Positions 24,504 through 35,142 are shown, counted from the stretch's first letter. The stretch is DNA of 35,271 nt from a virus (IMGVR_UViG_3300048599_000548:1-35271), one strand, 5' to 3'. A program made the numbers and translations. Notes: generated from the sequence alone by a model not told the origin.

Positions 24504-25973
24504 TTGTCTATTACGTTTACCCAGATACCCGACGATCTTCTGGTTCCGGGTCAATATCAGGAAATCGACAATTCCGCCGCAGGCGAATCCGATGAGGTAA
24601 AGAAAGTCCTCTTTATCGGCGTGAAAACGTCGGCAGGATCGGTTGCGGCGGGAAAGGTGTCGGCCCTTTCAAGCGAATCGAATATCCGGGCCCGCTTCGG
24701 TGAAGGCTCGCCCCTCTCGGTTATGGCGCAGAACTTCCTTGCCCTGAACACGACCGAGAAGCTCTACGGGCTCGGTCTTGCGGAACTCGCGGCGGGCATC
24801 AAGGCGGTAAAGTCGCTCACCTTTGGCGGTCCCGCAACCGAGGCGGGAACCTTTGTCCGCTATATCACCGGGCGAAAGGTTTCCATCAGCGTCGCGAACG
24901 CGGGGACACCCGCAGAAATGGCGGCGGCCTTCGTGGCGGCGGCACAGTCCCTGCGCGACATGGAAGTTGACCTTTCCGTCGACGCCACGAATACCGCGAA
25001 GGTGCTTATGACCGCCCTGACGAAAGGCGTAAACGGTAACTACATCACCTGCGTTGCCGGTCTCTACGGGGAGGCAGACCCGGCGGGCGTTACGGCGACA
25101 TTTGAAACCGTTACCCAAGGCGCGGGTAATCCCGACGTGTCGACCGTGCTCGCGGCGATCGGCGAGACGAAATACCACTACATAATCACCGATCTCGCGG
25201 ACGCGGCGAATATCATCACCCTCGCAGCCGAATTGAAGAGCCGCTACAGCGGAACCCGCCAGATCGACGGTCGTCTGTTCGTAGCCCTTTGCGGCGAGGA
25301 CGGCGACGAGAGTACTGAAGGCTCGATCATCAAACAGGCGACTGCGAACTCGCCGCATATCGTGTACATTCCGCGCGGCACGAACCCGCAAACGCCTGCC
25401 GTTTGGGCCGGTCGCTTCGCCGCTCCGCTCGTCCGCCGTCTTGCGGACGATCCGGCGGCGAATACCACAGATATCGAAGTCGACGGTCTCATCGTTACGC
25501 AGGAACGGAACGCGACCGCGCGCGGAAAACTTCTGGGAGCAGGAGTCGCGACCTATCGAACGTCCTCAACCGGCACCGTCCTGATCGAGCGCGTGGTTAC
25601 GAGTTATACGACGAATACGGACGGCGATCGCGACACGAGTTACCTCGATATTCAGGTCGTCGAGACGATATCGGCTATTCGCGCTTATATCAACTCTACC
25701 GCACGGACGCGGTACAAGACCTGGAAGCTGGCAGAGACATCTGAAAACTTCGGCTCGGGTGCAAAGGTCATGACGCCGGAAATATGGAAAGGTTTCCTGG
25801 TCGAAATCTATCAGGAAGTCTTTATCAAGGAAAAACAGTGGTGCCAGGATCTTGAGTCCTACAAAGCAACTATCCTCGCCGAGGTCGCTTCCAAGAGTCG
25901 GTTGAACTGGCAGCATAAACCGACCCTGATCGGTCAGTTCTATATCGGCGTTGGCCTTACCCAGTTCGATTAA
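24504..25973 (+). CDS. Tail sheath protein (Mu gpL-like)
   Basis: IPDDLLVPGQYQEIDNS, FGEGS, IERVVTSY and DTSYLDI motifs; TTG start with AAGGAG. Confidence 0.92.
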   Translation: MSITFTQIPDDLLVPGQYQEIDNSAAGESDEVKKVLFIGVKTSAGSVAAGKVSALSSESNIRARFGEGSPLSVMAQNFLALNTTEKLYGLGLAELAAGIKAVKSLTFGGPATEAGTFVRYITGRKVSISVANAGTPAEMAAAFVAAAQSLRDMEVDLSVDATNTAKVLMTALTKGVNGNYITCVAGLYGEADPAGVTATFETVTQGAGNPDVSTVLAAIGETKYHYIITDLADAANIITLAAELKSRYSGTRQIDGRLFVALCGEDGDESTEGSIIKQATANSPHIVYIPRGTNPQTPAVWAGRFAAPLVRRLADDPAANTTDIEVDGLIVTQERNATARGKLLGAGVATYRTSSTGTVLIERVVTSYTTNTDGDRDTSYLDIQVVETISAIRAYINSTARTRYKTWKLAETSENFGSGAKVMTPEIWKGFLVEIYQEVFIKEKQWCQDLESYKATILAEVASKSRLNWQHKPTLIGQFYIGVGLTQFD

Positions 25974-25983
25974 AGGAGAACGC

Positions 25984-26334
25984 ATGAAACTTCTGAAAGT
26001 AAAACGGGTGTTGTCCGCTTCATTGGGAGAACTCCCGCTGAAGGCGGGCGGTAACACCTTCAAGCCGGCATCGTATAAGCGTGAAACGAAGGAAGCCGAA
26101 ACGCACGAGAATATCGGTTATACCGAAACGCCGACTGCCGCCGAGCTGAAGGTTTCTCTTCAGGCAACTATGGACCCGTCGAAGTTCGCGGAGCTGTCGA
26201 ACGACACGCTCACGGTATTTATTGACGGAGGCGGTCAGCACGTAATGCCGAACGCTTGGGCAACGGACGCGGTTGAACTCGGCGACGGGGAAATGACCGT
26301 TACCTTCAACTGCGGAAAGAGCCAGAAGGTATAA
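25984..26334 (+). CDS. Tail tube protein
   Basis: 116 aa after the sheath; GYTETP...NAW...DGEMTVTF. Confidence 0.8.
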   Translation: MKLLKVKRVLSASLGELPLKAGGNTFKPASYKRETKEAETHENIGYTETPTAAELKVSLQATMDPSKFAELSNDTLTVFIDGGGQHVMPNAWATDAVELGDGEMTVTFNCGKSQKV

Positions 26335-26346
26335 GGGAGGACACCC

Positions 26347-26682
26347 ATGATCTACGCGTTGAAAACGCCGATTACGTTCGGGGAACGAACGGTAAAAGAA
26401 CTCGATATCACCGATCGTCCGAAGGTAAAAAACCTGCTTGCGATGGATACCTATACCGACGGGAGCGTCGCCCAGATGATCGCGCTCATCGGCAGCCTGA
26501 CGAACGAATCGATTCTGCTTATCAACGAGCTCGAGCCCGAAGATTATGCGGAAATTCGTTACCGCGCAAACAATATCTATCAGCGGTTCGTATATCGGCA
26601 GGTACCTGTCGAAGAGAAGGCAGAGAAGAAGGACGACCCTACGAAAGCGACAGCGGCGCAGGGCTGTCTGTCGGAGAAATAG
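26347..26682 (+). CDS. Tail assembly chaperone
   Basis: LKTPI...ELDI..RPKVKNL...INELEPEDY; between tube and tape measure. Confidence 0.82.
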   Translation: MIYALKTPITFGERTVKELDITDRPKVKNLLAMDTYTDGSVAQMIALIGSLTNESILLINELEPEDYAEIRYRANNIYQRFVYRQVPVEEKAEKKDDPTKATAAQGCLSEK

Positions 26683-26822
26683 CGAGAACGATCCGGGAAA
26701 TGTGCGTCGACTTGATGCACTTCCTTCCCGGATTGTCCTATCAAGAAATAAAGGAAATGGACTGGCCGGATTTGTCGGCGTGGTATGACACGGTGATGGA
26801 CCGGTACGGGCCAGCGGAGTAA
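26640..26822 (+). CDS. Chaperone -1 frame extension (gpE'/GT-like)
   Basis: Open -1 frame YESDSGAGLSVGEIARTIREMCVDLMHFLPGLSYQEIKEMDWPDLSAWYD... ending 1 nt before the tape measure ATG. Confidence 0.65.
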   Translation, partial: YESDSGAGLSVGEIARTIREMCVDLMHFLPGLSYQEIKEMDWPDLSAWYDTVMDRYGPAE

Positions 26823-26823
26823 T

Positions 26824-28884
26824 ATGGGCGATACGATACGCGCGGGCGTCGCGCTTTCATTAAAAGGCGATTTTTCCGCTGGGATAAAAAAGGCGGGGGC
26901 CGATGCCAAGGGCTTCGGGGACGGCGTATCGGCATCGTTAAAAAAAGTCGACGGGGTTCTTTCCGGCGTCTCGAGTAAAATCGCGGCGCTTGGCATTTCC
27001 ATCGGCGCGGCTGCCGCCGTTAAGAACACCATTGACTTTGACGACAAGATGACACGGCTCGGCATCACGGCGGACATCAGTGCCGAACGGGTCGATGCGC
27101 TCAAGAAGAAAATGTGGGAGACCGCGCAGGCTCCCGATATCAAAATAAACGTCGATTCACTTAATGAAGCCATGGACCAAGTTCTTGAGCGTACCGGCGA
27201 CATAGAGTTTGCAGAAAGCAATCTTCGAGCAATGGGACTCGCCATTCAGGCGACAGGCGCAAGCGGAGCCGATATTGGAGGCCTTTTCGCTGAGTTCCAG
27301 AAGATGAAGCTCGGTGCGGATGACGCGATGAAATCACTAGACCTTCTTACTCTACAAGGTAAGGCAGGTGCTTTTACACTTGAAAATCTAGCTTCACTGG
27401 GGCCTCGTACAATATCAGCATATTCTGCCACAGGTCGGAGTGGATCACAAGCATTACGAGAAATGGGTGCTGCGCTTCAGGTTATCCGCATGGGAACCGG
27501 ATCATCAGAACAGGCCGCGACTGCATTTGAGGCTGTGTTTACCGATTTAAGAAATCCACAGAATCAGAAGGATTTAGCAAAACTTGGTGTAAGCCTAAAG
27601 GATCGTTCAGGAAATTTCAGAAGTATCGCGGATATTATGAAAGATATCGTTGTCCTTTCTAAGGGAAACGAGAATATTATTGGGTCAATGTTTGGCAGCG
27701 AAGCAATGCGTGCCTTCAATACATTAATAGGTGAATATAAAAAAACTGGATCAATTACAAGCCTGCAAAAATTCCTTGACCTTCAGTCCGACGGAACGAC
27801 AATTCTGAAGGATTCCGCTCGCGCGGCGAATGACGCGAAATCGAATATTGAGAACCTGCAGACCGCTTTCTATAGATTCGCTGACAGTAAACTTACCGGC
27901 CCGTTATCGAAAGTAACAGACGGCCTCAATCAACTCGCCGAAGATCCGGACAAGTTTCAGCGAGTATTTACCGGGATCGCGATCGGACTTGGAGCGATCG
28001 TTGCAGTAAAAGGCTTGGCAACTGTCACGACTCTCATCGGCAATATCAAGGGCCTTCGCGGCGGCAAGGTCGGCATAGATGTTGCAGGTGCGGGCGGTGC
28101 AGGCATGCCCGTATTCGTGACGAACTGGGGAGGTTCGGGAGTCACGGCGGGGGCGTTTGCCAACACAGCGCCGGAAGTATGGAAAGACACCGGGGCGAGC
28201 CTTTCAAAAAACAGTAACTGGATACCGAGTGGTACCGGCAAGGCCGCCTTGGCAGGTATGGGCCTTGCCGCGTTAGTCGCAGTACCACAAACCATAAGCG
28301 AGATTCGCGCTATTAAGGCTGATACGGAATTGAGTAATCATGATAGGGCAACGCGCTCCGGCGCGGCCGTCGGCGGAGCGATCGGAACTGTTGCCGGGGC
28401 TGGAGCCGGAATTGCCGTAAGCGCGATCGCTGGCGCGAAGCTTGGCGCGTTAATCGGAACTGCCCTTGGACCCGGAATAGGCACAGCGATCGGCGGTGTT
28501 CTTGGTGCCGGAGCGGGCACCTTGGTCGGGATCGCGATGGCAAAAGCCGGGCGGGAAGCGGGCGGCTATATCGGAGGCAAGCTCGGGGATTCTGCCGAAA
28601 GCAAACGACTCTCTGATGTTCGTTCCTTCTCCGCCCGGACCGGCATCAGCGCGGCGGATCTTGAACGGGCAAACGTCGCGTCAAGGCAATATGCCGCAGC
28701 GAGTCTGCGAGCCCCGTTACCGCAAGCGAGCCGACAGGAAGCGATTCTCACAGGCAACGCCGAGATGCTCGTGCGCGTCGTGTCGGACGTGCCGGTTACG
28801 GCTTCGGTCGTCAGCACCCGCAACTCGATAGCGGGTATGACCGTCAATACCGGGAACATCCGCGAAGCGAGGGCTAATCAATGA
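26824..28884 (+). CDS. Tail tape measure protein (TP901-like core)
   Basis: Ala/Gly-rich helical protein; QGKAGAFTL and PVFVTNW; synteny. Confidence 0.9.
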   Translation: MGDTIRAGVALSLKGDFSAGIKKAGADAKGFGDGVSASLKKVDGVLSGVSSKIAALGISIGAAAAVKNTIDFDDKMTRLGITADISAERVDALKKKMWETAQAPDIKINVDSLNEAMDQVLERTGDIEFAESNLRAMGLAIQATGASGADIGGLFAEFQKMKLGADDAMKSLDLLTLQGKAGAFTLENLASLGPRTISAYSATGRSGSQALREMGAALQVIRMGTGSSEQAATAFEAVFTDLRNPQNQKDLAKLGVSLKDRSGNFRSIADIMKDIVVLSKGNENIIGSMFGSEAMRAFNTLIGEYKKTGSITSLQKFLDLQSDGTTILKDSARAANDAKSNIENLQTAFYRFADSKLTGPLSKVTDGLNQLAEDPDKFQRVFTGIAIGLGAIVAVKGLATVTTLIGNIKGLRGGKVGIDVAGAGGAGMPVFVTNWGGSGVTAGAFANTAPEVWKDTGASLSKNSNWIPSGTGKAALAGMGLAALVAVPQTISEIRAIKADTELSNHDRATRSGAAVGGAIGTVAGAGAGIAVSAIAGAKLGALIGTALGPGIGTAIGGVLGAGAGTLVGIAMAKAGREAGGYIGGKLGDSAESKRLSDVRSFSARTGISAADLERANVASRQYAAASLRAPLPQASRQEAILTGNAEMLVRVVSDVPVTASVVSTRNSIAGMTVNTGNIREARANQ

Positions 28885-30188
28885 GCTTCGACTTTTCATT
28901 GCCTGAAGTTTTCTCGAAAAACTGGCGAAAGGCGCTCAGAAATGAGGGACTTGCGGAAAGCGGAGGCCTTCCGCGTCGGACGAGTTATCAGGCACCGGGA
29001 GGCGATCCCGTCCCGTTCGTTCTCACGAAGACCAGCGTGTCCGGCGGCCAGTCGAACGACCTGTCACAGTATCCCGGCTTCGGAGGATGGTCCAGCAAGG
29101 GGCTGAATACCAATCCGCACCTGATAAAAATTACCGGGCGCCTTTCCGGCGATAACTATATCGGTGATCGAGATCTGTTAACCTCAGCGCTTGACATTGC
29201 GACCAGCGACGAGAAACCGGGATATCTCGTATTACCGTTCTGGGGACGATTCGCCGTAAACATCGAAACATGGAATATCGATGAATCGACCTCCGCTCAG
29301 GGCGGCTGCGATATCACGATATCCTTCACCCGAGTAGGTCAGACCACGACGGCCCGGCAATCAATAGTTTCGTCCGCCGCGCTTGACGATTCCGTAACGA
29401 CCCTTCAGGCCGCTTCGGTCGATGCGTTCGCGAATTCCCTGACGAGCGAGAACCTTTCCATCAGCGCATTGACCACCGGGTTCACGAACATCAAGTCGTC
29501 GATGCTCGGCGTCATCGGAAGAATTCAGGCCGCGCAATCTGTCCTGAACAACCTGACCAATGAAGCGGTCGGAATAACGAATCTCATCGATCAGGGTATC
29601 CAATCGCCCCGACAATTCGCCCTTGCGTTTTTCGGTTGCGTAACCGCGATCGCATCCGGAGTGATCGGCGTGAAAAGCACCGTCGAGAATCTTTTCTCGG
29701 ATACAGACGAAACGAGCCCCGCCGGAACGGCGAGGAACATTACGAATGTCGCGCTTCTCTTTTTGTCAAAGTACAATTATTCGATGGACGAACTTGTCCC
29801 CTCGACGACAAAAGAGCTGTCGACCAAGAACGCCATGGTGGCGTTATACCGTCAGACGGCCTTTGCGGCGGCCGCCACGCTCATCCCGTCCGTCGACACA
29901 ATCTCGGCCGACAAGGTCAAATCGCTTTATAAACTTTTCGTGCAACTTGAAGATTCCCTTGACGGTTCCGATCCCGACGTTCATGAAGCGATTGTCGCCG
30001 TGCGTATCGCGACGGCGTCGGCACTTCAGGAAAAAGAACTCTTTAACGAGCTGCAGATCAAACTCAATATCGATCAACCGCTACTCGCCCTCGCGCAGGC
30101 GCTCGGCGTAACGTATGCCGAAATGGTTGAACTGAATCCGTCCGTAGATTGCCAGTTCTTCATAAACGGGGCCGTGACCTATGTCTAG
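28881..30188 (+). CDS. DNA circularization protein-like (Mu gpN position)
   Basis: W...SY...VPF...YP...PGYLVLPFWG N-terminal pattern; follows the tape measure. Confidence 0.72.
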   Translation: MSFDFSLPEVFSKNWRKALRNEGLAESGGLPRRTSYQAPGGDPVPFVLTKTSVSGGQSNDLSQYPGFGGWSSKGLNTNPHLIKITGRLSGDNYIGDRDLLTSALDIATSDEKPGYLVLPFWGRFAVNIETWNIDESTSAQGGCDITISFTRVGQTTTARQSIVSSAALDDSVTTLQAASVDAFANSLTSENLSISALTTGFTNIKSSMLGVIGRIQAAQSVLNNLTNEAVGITNLIDQGIQSPRQFALAFFGCVTAIASGVIGVKSTVENLFSDTDETSPAGTARNITNVALLFLSKYNYSMDELVPSTTKELSTKNAMVALYRQTAFAAAATLIPSVDTISADKVKSLYKLFVQLEDSLDGSDPDVHEAIVAVRIATASALQEKELFNELQIKLNIDQPLLALAQALGVTYAEMVELNPSVDCQFFINGAVTYV

Positions 30189-31197
30189 GATTGATGTTTA
30201 CGTTGACGAGAAAAAGACCGCGCTGAAATGGAAAAGAATATACATCCGGAAATCTTTGGATGAAATCTGCCATTATATCGAGGTCGATCTTCCTTTCAGC
30301 GAGCGATCAAAGGTCAAAAAGCACCAGCATATTTCTGTCTACTACACGAACGCGGCCGTTAGCCGCAACGTAACCATGGGGTATATCGACGCGATCTCCA
30401 TTAATGAAGACGCTCAACGGCAGGTTTATACGGTAGTAGCCCGTTCGGCGGCACGCGATATTGTCGACAGCCAGTGGTCGGGGGAGATACGCAACACGAC
30501 GCTGTACAACATCGTCTACAAATTGGCCAAAGAATTCGGAACCTTTAGTTTGAAGGATGTTGTTTATTATCCGACTGGTAAATTAGACCCGACCAAGCTT
30601 GTCGCCTGTTTCTCCTGGGAAAACGAGAGCCCGTGGCAGAAGCTCCTTCAAGAGGCGGATAATCAGGGGTTTATAATTACCTCGAATCAAGCTAATGGTC
30701 TCTATGTCTGGACAGTTGCAGACGGGTCACGTCCGGAAGGATTTAAGCTTGTTGAGGGTCAGTCCGTTACAAGTATCAAGGATGATGATAACGGGACGCA
30801 GCAATTCTATAAATACATTCTGAAAGGGCCTTACGGTATCGAAACAACCGGATATGACAAAGAGTGTCCAAATAAGCGCGTTCTGACGCTCAATCTCACC
30901 GACCAAAATATCAGCCTGGAACAGATAAAGCGCCGTTGCGAAACGGAAATCAGAAGACGGCGTGCGCGGCGAATAACCGTCACCTGTCCCGGCTGGGGCT
31001 TGAGCGAAACGAATCTTAAATCATTAGGATCTCTGGACAAAAAAGAAATCTTCTGGGAATGTAATTTTCTAACGCCCGTTAAACTACCGGGCATAGGTGT
31101 CGATGCTACCCTGTTGACGTGTCAAGTCGAGTATTTCGCAGATGAGAAAACGGAACACTGCGACGTCCAGACCGTCAACAGGGAGGCGTATCTTTGA
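30181..31197 (+). CDS. Baseplate hub protein (Mu gpP/gp44-like)
   Basis: W..IYIRKSLD...GYID...ARSAARDIVDS; synteny. Confidence 0.78.
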   Translation: MSRIDVYVDEKKTALKWKRIYIRKSLDEICHYIEVDLPFSERSKVKKHQHISVYYTNAAVSRNVTMGYIDAISINEDAQRQVYTVVARSAARDIVDSQWSGEIRNTTLYNIVYKLAKEFGTFSLKDVVYYPTGKLDPTKLVACFSWENESPWQKLLQEADNQGFIITSNQANGLYVWTVADGSRPEGFKLVEGQSVTSIKDDDNGTQQFYKYILKGPYGIETTGYDKECPNKRVLTLNLTDQNISLEQIKRRCETEIRRRRARRITVTCPGWGLSETNLKSLGSLDKKEIFWECNFLTPVKLPGIGVDATLLTCQVEYFADEKTEHCDVQTVNREAYL

Positions 31198-31760
31198 TTG
31201 ATCTCAAAAATATATCCGCGCGCATACGCAATCTCATTACGACTGGCAAATTGACGAACCGTGACGGCGACAAGATTCAGGGCACCACACGGTACGGGAA
31301 AACCGTAAACGATAAAAAAGAGATGTTCCCGTACGGCTTCATCGCAAAAGCAAAAAGCGGGACAATGATTTTCTTTTTCGAGGGCGGCGATGCTGGTAGC
31401 CCGATCATTTTACCCGTTTGCAATATCGAAGGCGCGCCGGATCTGGAAGACGGTGATGCCGCATTGTGGACGGAATCAGGCGGATGGATCGTTGTGCGAG
31501 AATCGGGATCGGTCGAGCTCTATGGTAAGAAGTACGGCGGCCTTATCAAGGTCGACGAGCTTAAAAGCCAGCTGGAAAAAAACAATTCTATTTTGAGCAC
31601 ACTCCTTTCGATAACCTGCGGAACTCCATTAAGCGAACCCGGAAACGGATCTCCTTCCGTTTTTCAAAGCACACTCGCACTCGCGCTATCAAGCGCAAGC
31701 GTGGGCGATTTTTCCAATATCGCTTCGACGAAGGTTTTTCATGGCGACGGTACTGATTGA
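31194..31760 (+). CDS. Baseplate spike protein (Mu gp45/gpV-like)
   Basis: PYGF...LEDGDAALW pattern; synteny. Confidence 0.75.
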   Translation: MIDLKNISARIRNLITTGKLTNRDGDKIQGTTRYGKTVNDKKEMFPYGFIAKAKSGTMIFFFEGGDAGSPIILPVCNIEGAPDLEDGDAALWTESGGWIVVRESGSVELYGKKYGGLIKVDELKSQLEKNNSILSTLLSITCGTPLSEPGNGSPSVFQSTLALALSSASVGDFSNIASTKVFHGDGTD

Positions 31761-32079
31761 AAATTTCATGTCTATACAAGTTCTCGTCGAAATGACGCTC
31801 GGGACGGACTGGGGCCGCTGGTGGGCTGATCTTGAATTTGGCAGCAAGCTCTGGATTCTGCGCCGAACGGGAAAGACCGCGCCCGAACTGGAGACCGATG
31901 TCAGACAGGAAATTGAGCGGGCGTTGGCGTGGATCAAGCAGGATGGTCTCGCGAAAGATATTTCTTGCACGACCGAAGTCGTGGGAAAGAACAGGATCAA
32001 TTATCTGGTAGTGGTCAAGAAACCATCAGGCGGAACGGAATTTATCAAGGGGGTGTGGAATGGACTTCAAGCGGCCTGA
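31741..32079 (+). CDS. Mu gp46-like baseplate protein
   Basis: WWAD..FGSKLWILRR...ALAWIKQDG. Confidence 0.88.
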   Translation: MATVLIENFMSIQVLVEMTLGTDWGRWWADLEFGSKLWILRRTGKTAPELETDVRQEIERALAWIKQDGLAKDISCTTEVVGKNRINYLVVVKKPSGGTEFIKGVWNGLQAA

Positions 32080-33115
32080 GCTCACGGCACTCCAAGAACG
32101 GGTCACTAATGATTATATATCCCGATATAGCCCGATCAGCAAAACTCCGCGCTACACGCTACTTTCCGTTCTCGCGAAGACGGATAGCGGTGTGTATCAC
32201 CAGCTTTACGGGGATCTCGTCTACCTTTCCCGGCAAATATTCCCCGATACAGCAGACCATGACAATCTGCGGGCGCATTGGAGCGATCGCGTTCCGCCGC
32301 TGGCCGCGAATCAGGCGTCCGGCCCGGTGCGGTTCGTCGGTACAGCGTCGACGCCGGTTCCAGCCGGTCTTCTTCTGCAGCATAGTAACGGGGAGGAGTA
32401 TTATCTTCCCGATTCCGTCAAAATTGGTGTAGATGGAACCGGCTCCGGAACGATCAAAGCTTCGATCAACGGTTCAGACGCGAATCTTGCTACGGGAGAG
32501 AAACTGACGATCATTTCGACCGTCCCGCCCGGAGTATCTTCTACCGTTACGGTCGTATCTCCCGGAATAACGGGTGGCGTGGATGAGGAATCCGATGACG
32601 CCTATCTTTCCCGCGTTCTTCTCTATCTTCGATCGACGAATCGATATGGCAAGAAAGGCGACTTCGCCGCATGGGCAATCGATTCGAGTCCTGAAGTCAC
32701 GGACGCATGGGAGTTCAAGAACTTCGGTGTTTTTGGCGCATTACTGATTCAGGTTGTTCAGGGAACCCATATAACGGGACTTTCTCAGGTTACCAACCTC
32801 GAACTCGTAAAGTCTTACATCGATTCACTCTGTGCCCCGACGCTCTATACAGTGAGAACGCCCGAGATTCTCCTGGTCAACCCGACCGTCGCCTTGCTGG
32901 ATACCGAGGATACGACGACAAACCGAGCGACAGCCATTAGTCGCATGAAGACATGGATGAGTCTTAACGTAAAGCCGGGGAGTTCGGTGACGGCGTTGCA
33001 GTTACGGGACGCTATCGTCGACGGCCTTGTGATAACGGATGCCTCGGTGTCTATAGCAATCGGCTCGTCGACGAAATTGCAAATTCTCGACATAGGGACC
33101 ACCTCATGGGCCTGA
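32060..33115 (+). CDS. Baseplate J-like protein (Mu gp47)
   Basis: QIFPDTAD, GGVDEESD and DFAAWA motifs. Confidence 0.9.
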   Translation: MDFKRPELTALQERVTNDYISRYSPISKTPRYTLLSVLAKTDSGVYHQLYGDLVYLSRQIFPDTADHDNLRAHWSDRVPPLAANQASGPVRFVGTASTPVPAGLLLQHSNGEEYYLPDSVKIGVDGTGSGTIKASINGSDANLATGEKLTIISTVPPGVSSTVTVVSPGITGGVDEESDDAYLSRVLLYLRSTNRYGKKGDFAAWAIDSSPEVTDAWEFKNFGVFGALLIQVVQGTHITGLSQVTNLELVKSYIDSLCAPTLYTVRTPEILLVNPTVALLDTEDTTTNRATAISRMKTWMSLNVKPGSSVTALQLRDAIVDGLVITDASVSIAIGSSTKLQILDIGTTSWA

Positions 33116-33675
33116 CACCGCACACTGCTGCCGAGTATGAGAAGGCAGTTCAAAAGCTGTTGCCTCCGGGCGATTTTTGGGATCGACAACTTGCTGACGC
33201 GTCGAGCGACGTTTCGCTTTGGTGCGCGGCTAAATCCATGGAGCTTGCAAGGTTCAGAGGTCGTATGGTCGATCTGCTCGCGGAATCCTATAAGGCGACA
33301 ACGTCAGAATTAATCGACAACTGGGAACGGACGCTCGGACTCGATAACGCGACACTCGAACTTTCGCTCCGGAAGGAGCTGCTCGCGCTCGATTCCCGCA
33401 AGAAAATAGACCTCGCGGGTATATCCGAGATCCTCGCCCTGTATGGCGCAACGCTGGATTCCTACAAGTTCCCTTATACCCCGGCATTTTTCGGACGGGC
33501 GCGTTTTCTGGATCGGATAGCCGGACCGGCATCGTTTCAAACGCTCTATCTGTATATAACCCTTCCTGACGAGTCGTATCGGGCGAAGCTGGAAGAATCA
33601 ATGGAGTCAGCATTACTGGCTCAATACATTCTAACTTTTTTCTACAGGCAGGCAAACAATGAGTATGTATCCTGA
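33106..33675 (+). CDS. Baseplate wedge protein (Mu gp48 / DUF2313-like)
   Basis: LLPPG..W...ELIDNWERTLGL. Confidence 0.82.
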   Translation: MGLTPHTAAEYEKAVQKLLPPGDFWDRQLADASSDVSLWCAAKSMELARFRGRMVDLLAESYKATTSELIDNWERTLGLDNATLELSLRKELLALDSRKKIDLAGISEILALYGATLDSYKFPYTPAFFGRARFLDRIAGPASFQTLYLYITLPDESYRAKLEESMESALLAQYILTFFYRQANNEYVS

Positions 33676-34855
33676 CGAGGAAACAATCACCATAGACGGA
33701 GAAACCGTCTCATATCCCGGATTGAAGAACGGAAAATTCACTCGCGGGAATCCTGAAGATCCGGATGACAAGCCAGGGTTTATCGCACCGGAAACCATCA
33801 ACCTGCTGGTTGATAATATTTCCGCCGTCATTTTCTATCTTGGGGGAACGCCCAATAATACGTCCGGAACGCAACTCAAGGAACGGATCGAAGCGGCCCT
33901 GCTGACGGTAAACCCGATAAAAACGATGTGTACTGTCCTTGGTATCACCTATGATCCGGCTGATCTCTATCAGATCATGAAGCTTAATATGGCCATATCA
34001 AAAAAGATTGGTGAGCCCGTTACACTCGAGTTCTTTGACGATCCAGTGCCATATTCAGCCGCGCAATCAACGGCGCATCCGGATTATCCCGAATATTTTC
34101 CGGGAATACCGCGCCATGATGGGACGCACGACGTCACGACAGCGCAGGCCCCTTTGCTGATCCCGAAGTTGTACAACAAGAAACTTTCTGTTTTCGGATA
34201 TACGGAATTCACGGGAAACGTTTCCGGTTCGACGGTAACGGTGACCGGGCCCAGCACAACTGTTCGTGATGCGTTACTCGCCGGACTTCAGGCGGCCGCA
34301 TTTGTTAGTCGATGGTATTCAAGCGGAGAATCAGCGACGTTTGCCGCATCAGGCCCTTTATATTCCGGCGCGCGGGCGTACTGCGCAAATATTGGAGGGA
34401 CGGATTGTGTGATTTCAGCGGTATCGACCGCAGCCGGAACATTCGGCTTTACTGGTACTCCTCCCACTGGAACTCAAACCATAATCATCTACCCGTTCAG
34501 AGTCGCCGGTTATACAGATCGTGTCCGGTTAAGACAGCGATCGGGCTTTGTACCGGTTGCTGCAAATGACGCGACGGGAAAGATCCTGGCTGGGTTGGAT
34601 TTGATGGATGAGACTCAGCACCATAGACATGAACAATCCCGTGCTGATTCGGCTGGAGGAGGGTCCGGTTCCTGCTATGTTTTTGGCGTTGATTCCCATA
34701 GTAACACGCAGTATATAGCAGATGGTGGAAATATGTCCTCCAATGGTCAAGGAACCCCTCGTATTGGAAAAACCACATCTCCCCGCTCTTTCGGTGTCGG
34801 ACTCTATACATGGGTACGAACTCTTCTGGCCACAAATTGGTCAACAGCAATATAA
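33659..34855 (+). CDS. Tail fibre / receptor-binding protein
   Basis: N-terminal FTRGNP...PGFIAPETINL baseplate-anchor pattern; C-terminal QHHRH...TPRIGKTTSPR tip-like motif. Confidence 0.72.
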   Translation: MSMYPDEETITIDGETVSYPGLKNGKFTRGNPEDPDDKPGFIAPETINLLVDNISAVIFYLGGTPNNTSGTQLKERIEAALLTVNPIKTMCTVLGITYDPADLYQIMKLNMAISKKIGEPVTLEFFDDPVPYSAAQSTAHPDYPEYFPGIPRHDGTHDVTTAQAPLLIPKLYNKKLSVFGYTEFTGNVSGSTVTVTGPSTTVRDALLAGLQAAAFVSRWYSSGESATFAASGPLYSGARAYCANIGGTDCVISAVSTAAGTFGFTGTPPTGTQTIIIYPFRVAGYTDRVRLRQRSGFVPVAANDATGKILAGLDLMDETQHHRHEQSRADSAGGGSGSCYVFGVDSHSNTQYIADGGNMSSNGQGTPRIGKTTSPRSFGVGLYTWVRTLLATNWSTAI

Positions 34856-34866
34856 GGAGACTACAG

Positions 34867-35142
34867 ATGAAATATCTGGCCATTTATAACAAACAAAAGA
34901 AACTGGTCGAGTTTGAAGAAACAGTCGACGAAACGGAAATATTGCCGTTAATGGCGTTTGTTAAAGGCAAGGACACGAAAATCGGAGAGGTCCTCTTGAT
35001 CGATCAACGTCGAACGGCTCTTACGAATGAATGTATCGGACGGGGAACCCTTGAGGGTGAATGGCGGCTATATGAAGCGAAATTTGCCTTTTCATGGAAT
35101 GATCCCCAAGTATCTGGTAATGCGGTCAGCAGTAACGAGTAG
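34867..35142 (+). CDS. Hypothetical protein (possible fibre assembly factor)
   Basis: RBS AAGGAG; directly after the fibre gene. Confidence 0.6.
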   Translation: MKYLAIYNKQKKLVEFEETVDETEILPLMAFVKGKDTKIGEVLLIDQRRTALTNECIGRGTLEGEWRLYEAKFAFSWNDPQVSGNAVSSNE

